The position numbers and the translations under genes are program-made. A DNA stretch of 64,000 bases from Antedon mediterranea (taxonomy: Eukaryota > Animalia > Echinodermata), in the NCBI RefSeq assembly GCF_964355755.1, contig NC_092674.1:10788001-10852000 (forward strand), in the 5' to 3' direction. Positions 54,421-64,000 of the stretch are shown piece by piece. The notes under the pieces are model-generated. The model searched no databases and was not told the DNA's origin. It worked only from the letters and a program-made list of their open reading frames with translations. Position 1 is the stretch's first letter; each line of letters opens with the position of its first letter.

Positions 54421-56069
54421 ATTGTCTCCTCAAGAAAAATGTTAATGTATGGTACCATGCATACCAAAAGGCAAAAAAAATCAGATTGCTATAAACAAAA
54501 AAATTAAATGGTATACCTACATACCAATGCCGTTTCTCTTAGTTTTTTATTTATTCGTTTCATTTTACTTTTATTTACACAAAACACATCTTGAAAATTA
54601 TTTAAGTTTTTCTTTTGTTAACATTTCACGGCTTAGTGTTCAAGTTGAAATATAGTCCCTGATGAGAATATTGGAGCATGGGGCAAAGGTCCGACTCAAG
54701 GAAACTACACGAAATTCTATTTTAACTAAATTTATGCTATCATTTATTGATGAAAAACATATATTATCTCCTATCATTAATTGTTGATCTAAAACAAATA
54801 AACTCGGGTTTCGTAATAGCTATTATGATATATTTTGTTTGGAAAAATCGTACTGTATAGACTTTAGATATAACGAGATGACATCTGTGAAGTTATCTAC
54901 TTCTTGTTCCTTTATCGAGTTGAGTTAAAGGGACAGTAACAACGTTTTTAAAAAATACAAAAAAAGTTTAAAAAAATTAGGCTAATTATTGAAACTTAAA
55001 GAACATAAAGTATGCTGGCATTTAAATATTAAAGGTGAAAATTATGTACGGTATATAAATGAATTTGTATGTTTATTTGTATATGTGGGTGTGCAGGTTA
55101 ATACTTAATAGTATAATCAGTGTACACCATACAATGCATTTAATGTATAGGCATAATATAGTTAAATATTAAAGCACAGTTAACGAGTAAACAATAAGTT
55201 TGTAATTTTAATTAATATACAATATATAAAATATAAATGAATGTGATTTAACAAAAATTATGTCCAGTAATGGTATGAAGGTTGAAATTATATTAAAGAG
55301 GGGGAAACAGAAAATAATGAAAAAGGGTAGAAACAAATTAAAAATTATGTAATGAAACATTAAATGAATAAAGGTGGTGGTGAACCACAAAAGATAAAAA
55401 AAAGTATGCTGGCATTAACACGCTGGACAAATATTTAGTTATTAGAGTCACATGCTAGCTTAGTTTATTTGACCGAAATCGAATAATATAGATTATTTTT
55501 TTGTTTAGTTATTTTAAAGTTGTTACTGTTCCTTTAATTCAATTCAAACAAGGAACTAGAAACTATAGCAGAATCACTACATAATAACTGGTGGTGGTGG
55601 TGAGATGGTCATTCAAATGTGCACTCTCGGTGTAACGAAACGATTTTTCGGTAAGTTTTTCCTGTTTCTTTTCTATGATCTTGCCATTCTTCTCGCACAT
55701 AAACTTTTAGTATTCACGATGCACGATACTATTATTTATATTCTGATTGATACAATACAATTTGCAATGAAATTTCATTTGGTGAAGATATTGTCACTTC
55801 TGATCACTGTGAAATAAATTTTAAATATCCTATAGAGTTTGACAAACGTCTTATCAATATTGATGATCGATTGCTATATAACTTTAAAAACTTAACTTAT
55901 TCTGTTTTAGCCCTGTAAAGAACGATTTAGATCTTTCTAATCTTCCTGATCATCCCATTGATTGTTTATCTAAACTTGAGTTTATAGAAAAACATATTAA
56001 TGAAATTGATCCTAATAAGGCTTCAGGAATGATGGTCTGAGTAATAATAATCTCGTCGCGATTGCCTTA

Positions 56070-56217
56070 AGCTCTGTCTACACTATCAAACTAGTTTGAC
56101 AAAGTGTCCAAATACGGTAGTGATATGTTTAAATATGGTAGTGTTATGACATCATCATGTCCATATATGGGCAAATCAATTCTTTGTCTCATAAAATTTG
56201 ATAGTGTAGACAGAGCT
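56070..56217. mobile_element. PIF/Harbinger-type MITE, second copy
   Basis: TIR AGCTCTGTCTACACTATCAAA with TTA/TAA flanks; body matches 33627-33776. Confidence 0.85.
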
Positions 56218-56224
56218 TAAGACA

Positions 56225-56470
56225 TACCTTTGTAATCTGCATTTAGTAGTGACAAATGTCTACAATATTTTTAGATATTATTCATCTTTGCCTTCCTTTT
56301 GTATCAAAATAATGATGTTGATAATTCTCTTTTGTCGATACTTACATTACACTGTTATAGAAGACGTCACCAATATTGTTATAAAAGTTTTTATAAAAAT
56401 CAATAGGGAGGCCATCATTACCAGGGCTTTTGTTATTTTCCATGCTATCCATGGCCTCAACACATTCTTC
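56225..56470 (-). mobile_element. Tx1/L1-type reverse transcriptase fragment
   Basis: Minus strand reads EAMDSMENNKSPGNDGLPIDFYKTF ... LSLLNADYK, with disruptions. Confidence 0.7.
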
Positions 56471-57060
56471 TGCCAAGTTTCAATTTTTCTTCTTCAGATA
56501 ATTTTTCCATTTCTACATTTCTTATACAATTGAACATATTTTTTTTTTTTGCTGCTAGAACATGCTGAAAAGAGTTTTGATGGTGATACGTCCGTAGATA
56601 TGTAAATAATTAAATATTATTATTACTACAAACTGGCTGCTTACATCTCTAAACTAATAACCAAAGATGACGATTCAAATATTAAATATTTAATGATAAT
56701 TAATATGCAAAAACAAAATGTCAATGAAACTGAACTGAAGTAATTGCTAATAAATGTTTATAGAGGATATTTTCATGGTTTTAGATTGCTGGTTCTTAAC
56801 CAAGCCGATTTTAATATAGCATTAAAATCATTCTTATAGGCCTATAAAAGCTAATTACGATTGACAATTGTTATTGAAACATTGACATTAATCGTTAATT
56901 AAAAAAAATAATCAGTCCATAAACTGATGCCAATTTTGGATGGGATCGCCGGGCGAAATAAAACTGTGTTAATAAACGTTGGGTAGCGCCCTCTATAGTT
57001 TGGAGAAAAATATTTACCTGCTCGTGCATCATGCTGCCGAAAATTTCTAGCGCCCTCGAG

Positions 57061-57210
57061 ACCACGGGCTGGCCAAAAGTCTAGCCCTCGGACCACAGGC
57101 TGGCCAAAAAAGAACCACAGGCTGGTAAAAAAAAACCACAGGCTGGCCAAAAAAGAACCACAGGCTGGCCAAAAAAGAACGACAGACTGGCCGTGTGTTT
57201 CACGACCCCT
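57061..57210. repeat. Tandem repeat of about 21-22 bp, probably the subterminal array of a DNA transposon
   Basis: ACCACAGGCTGGCCAAAAAAGA about 6 times, ending GTGTTTCACGACCCCT. Confidence 0.7.
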
Positions 57211-57261
57211 GCTCGATATTTGTGCCAAAATAGATTTAAAATAAAACGAAACGAAATAAAA

Positions 57262-57900
57262 AGCTTAGAGACATAACAGCTTCCTCAATATGTGTGCTGT
57301 TTCCAGGATGGCCAATATCTGAGCTCTTAAATTTTCATGCCATTTTTTTGCATCTTTTAAAATTGTCTAAGAGCACCAATTACGATTGGAACCTACATTT
57401 CTAGTAATATCAGGTCGATTGTGTTTAAATTTCTTATCCGTGTAAACTGTCATGTCACCAAGTAATTCGAATGTTTTATTCTCTGTGACTGCTAATGGCT
57501 GATGGTCATACCATTTGCCAGTACAGTCGACTCTGTATTTACTGCAAATTTCCCAGTGTATCCGCAATGCCACCTTGTCATGACGCTTTCTTTACTCTCT
57601 CTGGGCGAGCATCTTGCATCCACTGATAATATTTATCTTTTCAGTTTCAGTAGAGTCTCCACACAATCTACTCTGATCTATACTGTATTTTATCGCATTC
57701 GTTCTTAAAGCTTGTTCTTGAACAGCTAGTATCAAACCTTCTGTATCCTTCTTCAACAAAAATTCCTAAGCCATCTCCAAGAATCTATATGTAGGGCTTT
57801 CTCTTTCCAGCCCTTGGTTTTCTCCTCTTGCCACCTCTTCTGATAATCTATAAGATTTCCTTTTTCATCTAACACCTTCTCCTTTAAAGCAAATTGCATC
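57262..57900 (-). mobile_element. R4/Dong-type (restriction-like endonuclease) non-LTR retrotransposon, decayed C-terminal part
   Basis: WKEKALH...TEGLILAVQEQALRTN...RHDKVALRIHWEIC...KHNRPDI...VPIVIGAL...TAHILRKLL. Confidence 0.8.
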
Positions 57901-57904
57901 ATTC

Positions 57905-58028
57905 ACTGCAGTATTTTTACTCTACTCTACAGATCACTATGTCGGTCGGTTAGTCGGATGGTTGGTCGGTCGGTTGGTCTGTCGGTAAACACTAACTCAA
58001 ATTTGAGCACGCGACAGCAGCCATGTAT
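57905..58028 (+). mobile_element. HINE end joined to the R4-type fragment
   Basis: CTCTACAG.TCACTATGTCGGTCGG...AAACACTAACTCAAATTTGAGCACGCGAC.GCAGCCATGTA. Confidence 0.75.
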
Positions 58029-58548
58029 GTTCCGCTCAACTTTTTGATGTAACAGTTTAATTATTCTTCTTTCTTCAGAAATATCGACACTTATTTTTGT
58101 TTAACAGTAGTAAACATTTTGTGTAACGTAAATATAGTCTGGCCTACTGGTACAGAACAAAAATAAAATATATAGTACTGTACATATTTCAGGGTAGGGC
58201 GTTACTCCGTCCCGACCCACAGAAGAATGCAAAAATAAAATTTAACATTTTTTAAACAAATTATACATTACCTGTTAGTATTTTGTAGTAATATTATAAT
58301 AAAGAAAGAAATTATGAAAATCTGACTTGTAGATATAGGGGCTAAAATATCACCGAAAATAATCGTTTTTTGCGACGAACGAAGTAAACAAATTGCGCCC
58401 TCAGTCGGCAGTTGTATGAACTACGCCATTTCTCGATAAAGTAGTTACATAATTTTAGTAATATATTTTGTAAATCAAAATTCTAAAATTCAATCAAATA
58501 TGATATTACAATTAATAGAATGTCAATACATTATTTTCTGTGTTCGGA

Positions 58549-60497
58549 CTCGCGTGTGCCGTGAAGTCACGTTGTCTCTCAGGACTGTCCGGACGCGATT
58601 TTTTTTTCCGTACGAGAGTTCCTCCATCGGGTCGTTTCGGACTCAATCCACTATTCGGTAAGCCACCGATGCTCACTGATGCGTGAAAGCAACCACAAGA
58701 CAAAACGTGAGCAGCTTTTTTGCACGAGTGACAGATTTATACATACTAGGCTAGGCCTAATATACTCACTGTAAATATAATAATACATATTAATAGTAGT
58801 ACTGAACCTCATTGTAATAATAATAATAGGCCTATAATTTTAATAATATAATACTGTATAGGCAGCCACAAACCAATGTATGTACCATCAGATTCACAAA
58901 CAGTTAACACACACACAGCAGCAGCACTTTGTTGGTCGTCACAAGCAAGGCCTAGCTAGCCTAGCCCTACGTACGTGTGCTTCAATGTAGTACATTTCCA
59001 GCTACAGTACTATTTTTTATTTTAATAAAATGAAGTAGCAGGTTAGAAATTATATGTACAGTAACACTAACAGATGTTTTTATCAAGAAAATTACAATTT
59101 TCTTCGGGTTTTTAAGTGTAACATTTGAAATGAATTATAGGCCTATAGATCATAGTAACATGTAGGCCTATTCTTGTAAGTTGTAATGTATAGAAATACA
59201 TGCTTGCTTAATAAAGCGTTTAATATTGTGTTAATTTAATCATTATTGATATCTTGGCCGGTGGAAATTTTGAATTAAAATGAACAATTTTTTTTTTTTA
59301 TTAATTTCAGAAACCATAATAAAAAAATAAAATCAAGAATAAGAATACAGAAAACCGATCTTCATGATAAGATGATAGTATCACTTATAAGCTTCCTGGA
59401 AAATGTGTTATTATAAATGTATTTGTAGTCGTGTCAGTACCGTAATTGAATGTTTTTTACTTTGCATGTATTTTTCGATCAAAACATATCTCATAATGCA
59501 ACACGCTTGTTTGGCTACTCTGTATGCATAATCATAAAACTTCCTAGCGATCTGTGTGAAAACACCTTCTCTACCGTGACAGGTGGTAAACAATCCTAAT
59601 TAGCATCATGCATAATGCATACTACTTGTGGTTTGAAATCTTTGTTTACGACGATCTTTGCGACGATTTTCCAGACGAAATGTAATTTATTTAATTTACC
59701 TGTTAATTACGTAAACTTAATATTGTTTTTGGCTCAAATTTTCGACTTAAAGTGAATAACTTTAATATTAATTTGATATGGCCAATTTAAATTTAGAATA
59801 TTTTGACCTTCATTTTTTGTGTTTCAAGGGACAATACATCTTTAATTAAAACTCCAAAAATGGCCTATTATTAAAAGTCTGAAATCTTTATTTTTCATGA
59901 TTGGGGATAATACGTACATCGTTAACGTAAAATTTCCATTACCTTACAATATAAATATTAATTTAATATTATTTTAAAAGGTATAAAAAACATACACTGT
60001 GCATAGGAATTCCTAATGTACATAATCATTTTAAATTCAAAAGTAATACATTGCATCCATAGGCCTACACAAGCTTGGCTAGGCTAGCCATGGGCTAGCT
60101 ACAATACCATAACGATAAGAAAAGAGCCTTTCGTTCGTGACAAAGGGTCGTTCAACTTCAAAAAATAATATCTGATACGACCTAAATATCTTTAATATGC
60201 TATTGGGTTCTTAATGTAATTACTAAGTAGGCCTAATATTTATTAATTAATGTCATCAAAACTCGTATTAGTGTAGATTCATTTTACTATTATGACAGCC
60301 TGTGTGAAAGTATTAGCTCGCGGTTTGTAAATGTAAATTGTATTATGTTGTCACGCATCAGTGAGCTGACTTTACCGAATACCGAAGAGAGTCGATTGAG
60401 TCCGAAACGAACCGATGGAGGAACTCTCGTACGGAAAAAAAAATCGCTGTCCGGACAGTCCTCCTGAGAGACAACGTGACTTCACGGCACACGCGAG
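58549..60497. mobile_element. Element of about 1.95 kb bounded by inverted repeats of about 140 bp, with a nested Kolobok-like end at 59841
   Basis: 58549-58686 is the reverse complement of 60351-60497; GGGACAATACATCT|TTAA inside; no transposase ORF. Confidence 0.75.
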
Positions 60498-60940
60498 AAA
60501 ATTCTTCCGCAGTGTGTTGATTCGCGTCAACCAATCAAAGGACGAAAATCCAAAATCGTTCAACCGCTGCATGGTAGTCATACTCCTAAATCTCAATCGA
60601 GTTTACAAATTCTCATTTATGACATGAACGGGTTATTCAATTATATTCAAATTAAGAGGTATTTTGATGTTTTCTTCATTATCTCTTATTCAATAAACAC
60701 ATCTTTGTTGTTTAAAAATGAAAGAGACAATATAATGTTATAGGATAAAAGATGTCCAGGGAAAAAAAACCGGCGGAAATGTACTAGGGGAAACCAACAT
60801 AGAACCACTACAGGAATAAATTGTAAAGCAAATACCCACAATTATGTAAATCATAGTTTATATGAATACTGTTAAAACATTTTGTTAAGTAATTTGCGTT
60901 TGCCAAAAAATGGTTATATCTGTATGCACGTGCAACAGAG

Positions 60941-63480
60941 ACCAGTGCCTTCGTCGTAATTGTAATAAGAATCGGTATCAATTAGTCAAAAACAACTTAT
61001 TGTTTGTGTCATATTTTGCTAATGAATTATTGACCCAGGTGGTGTTTTTAACCAACACATTGTGAAATGTATATAGTAATTTCTATGTCAAGCAAAACAA
61101 ATGTGTTGCGTGTCAGATTGGCACAATAAGGTCAACTTGTTGAGTGCGGAAATAAATTAGAGTATTACAAAAAATGTGTACATAGAATTTTTTTAAAGAA
61201 ATATTTAATTATACATTTCAAAAAATAATAAAGTAAAATGCAGAATTTTCAACTGTAAACAAATAAAAATGAATTTTATGGGAAGTGTCTAGGTGAATGT
61301 TAATAGACGAATGAAGACGTTTAAAACAAATAGATATATTATATTTTATTGTATAGGCCTATCTGTTAAAAACGCTAGTTAGAAAAAATACTGTCAATAT
61401 CAACAAATGGAAATTATTATCGCCGACACTAACCATCCAATAAATGTGAAAGTTCGAGAATTCATTTTTATGATGAAATTGCGTTTGTAAACTTTGTCAG
61501 ATGAAGGTGAATGTTTCTACTGTCAGTATATTACTCATTTTTATATACATGTATACTTTTACCTCCTTTAAATTTTGCAATACTGTGGGTCATTTACAAA
61601 ATACTAATGATATTGACCATGAAACATTGACATTAACATTTTGTATTTTTTCGTGCCGCAGTTATATTCAAGAGGACGAAAGCATTAGGAAACTGTATAT
61701 AGTACTAAGGCTAAAAAATGGGAATTTGTAAACTAGGATTGCTGGGCATGCTCAAATCCCAAAGCACGTCTAAGAGAAGAGAGCCTGACGTCGTGAATGT
61801 GTCGAAGACGCATATGCGTCTTTTGGGAAATCAAGGCTAACGTAGGTAATATCTTTTCTCAGTCTCAGTACAATTTCAGAAGATCCGCCTATCTATTACC
61901 ACCAACGTAGATATACAATATTTTGTGATTATTAAAATCCTATATCACGATTTGAGGGATAGTTTGGCCCGTCCAGTTGAAATGCTACTAATGCTAACTA
62001 ATAATAATAATGATAATTATTAATAATTCGAATGTGAATTGGGAGATTGTTCCAAATGGCAGGAACGGCATATTAAAAGTGATATTTATAAGAGCCTTGC
62101 AACGGGCAAGAGGGATACAGAAAGTAAGCCTACAATGGTCAGCATGGTAAAATAAATTACAGTAGAGTTTACAAAATCAATTTAAACATCAAATTAATAA
62201 GTCATTGTTCGATTCGTGAGAATTATAAAATATGCTTTTAGTAAACTATCTGATTGAGACAATACGCTTATATTATAATTTATAGGTTAACATTGAATGC
62301 CGAAATAAATTAGGTTATTACAAAACAATTGTGTCAGTGTCTAATGCATTCTATTATACGAATGAATGCCTTTAATGTAAAAGAGATAGTATTTTTATTT
62401 TATAGGCTTATCTGTTAAAAACAATATTCGCTAGTAATTACTCTTATAAAATATTGTTGGTTCTGAAAAAAAAAATTAAAACGTTTTGTTCTTTCAACTG
62501 TTATAATTGTAAATAAGAAGAACAAAATGTTATTCAATTGCTGGTCAAAATTAACTCTCAGAAAAGACCGGCCTAGGTGGACAAATGTTGAGTGGCAAAA
62601 GACAAGGTGGCTGGAGGCCGGTTGGCGAAAGAGAAAAGGGTGGCTATAGACCGGGTGGTAAAAGACTAGGTGGCAACGTCTGTCAACATCTGTGTATCAG
62701 ATACCAATGCCTTCGTCATATTTGTAATAACAATCGGTATCAATTAGTGTTATCAACGAAATTATCAGTTGTATCATACCGTATTGTACTAAATTAATTA
62801 TTGATCCAGGTGGTGTCGTTTTTAACCAACACGTTGTGAAATTCATATATTAATGTAAATTTGGAGTAGATAAGGTCTATCTTAATGACGTATGTGAAGT
62901 ATATTACATTTTCCTGTCGCGTGTCAACTATCTGATTGAGACAATACGCTTATATTTTAATTTATAGGTTAACATTGAATACCGAAATAAATCAGGCTAT
63001 TACAAAGGAATTGTGTCAGTGTATAATGCATTCTATTATACGAATGAAGGCCTTTAATGTAAAAGAGATATTATTTTTATTTTATAGGCTTATTCTGATA
63101 AAAACAATATTCGCTAGTACTTACTCTTATAACAAATGGAAATTATTAACGCCGATACTAAACCATCCATTTACTAATATATTTTAATGAAAGTGGAAGA
63201 ATTCGTTTTTCTTTTTTTTTTCTTTTTATGACGAAATTGCGTTTGTAAACTTTGTCAGATGAAGGTGAATGTTTCTGTTGTCAGTATATACTCATTATTT
63301 TTTATATGCATTTATATTTTTACCTTCTTTTGAATTATGCAATACTGTGAGTCCTTTTCTGGTGAGATTGTTTTTTTTTTCTTTGATTTGTATGTTTTGT
63401 ATATGGATATACTATCCGAATTTAAGTAAATGAATGAATGAATGAATTAACAAACAAAAACATTGATGATATTGAACATG
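60941..63480 (+). repeat. Degenerate local duplications
   Basis: 60941-61070 matches 62703-62842; 61300-61620 matches 63040-63480; 62245-62447 matches 62927-63131 (boundaries approximate). Confidence 0.75.
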
Positions 63481-63499
63481 TGATTGTTAAAACATTTTT

Positions 63500-63613
63500 T
63501 ACAGCTCACTATGTCGGTCGGTTGGTGGGAGGGTGGGTCGGTCGGTCGATTGGTCGGTCGGTCGGTAAACAATAACTTGAGCACGCGACTGCAGCCATGT
63601 ATATGGCCTTGTT
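63500..63613 (+). mobile_element. HINE element
   Basis: ACAGCTCACTATGTCGGTCGG...CACGCGACTGCAGCCATGTATATGGCCTTGTT. Confidence 0.8.
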
Positions 63614-64000
63614 CTTATTGGTTTAACAATTCATTCAAATGTTGGTAACATTTATCTGATTATAATAACAATTTCAGTGTGTGAAAATACTAGTATAAGT
63701 TAAGTTTAACTATCAAGATCCTTGATACGCATTGCAAGTAAAAAATAAGATCAAAGAACCATTGCTTTGCCGGTAAATTAGTTGCGACGCAAACATGTTG
63801 TTTGATCTTGGAGGTAAAATCATTGATTTCAGTACCTTTTATTCGAGCAAGTTCATACAACTATAACTACAGCAGAAACGTAGATTTGGAAAGTAATCTA
63901 GATTTGTCTTAAAATACAAATTTATAAAAGGGAATTCAATAACTGAAATCGTTACATACGCAGCATTTATAAGGTGTCTGTAGTAGTAGAGTGTTAAAAG

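Noticed and set aside
58512-60627. Similar ORFs containing PDSPERQRDFTAHA
   Set aside because: Translations of the two arms of one inverted repeat

Overview
AT-rich eukaryotic (animal, probably marine invertebrate; taxon is a guess) genomic DNA, not prokaryotic. Main content: (1) the first four coding exons of a secreted, acatalytic alpha-carbonic anhydrase-related protein (CA10/CA11-like) on the minus strand, spread over about 40 kb and continuing off the left edge; (2) two identical tRNA-Gly(GCC) genes bracketing its first coding exon; (3) a tandem duplication of about 5.5 kb carrying two intact genes (three coding exons each) for a 437-aa TPR-like helical protein with an atypical C-terminal HPD J-domain. 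By hand comparison the paralogues are a mosaic: near-identical upstream DNA, a strongly diverged N-terminal tract, then a stretch with almost only amino-acid-changing differences. (4) Many transposon relics: Helentron/DINE-1-like HINEs (one form fused to an R4/Dong-type LINE piece), Harbinger-, Kolobok- and P-like MITEs, a Helitron-like pair, RTE and Tx1/L1 fragments, tRNA-derived repeats and minisatellites. Repeat-versus-repeat comparisons show TA>TAGGCCTA and TA>TACTGTA insertions, which look like transposon excision footprints and may explain why these motifs are so common here. All counts are manual; no database searches were run.
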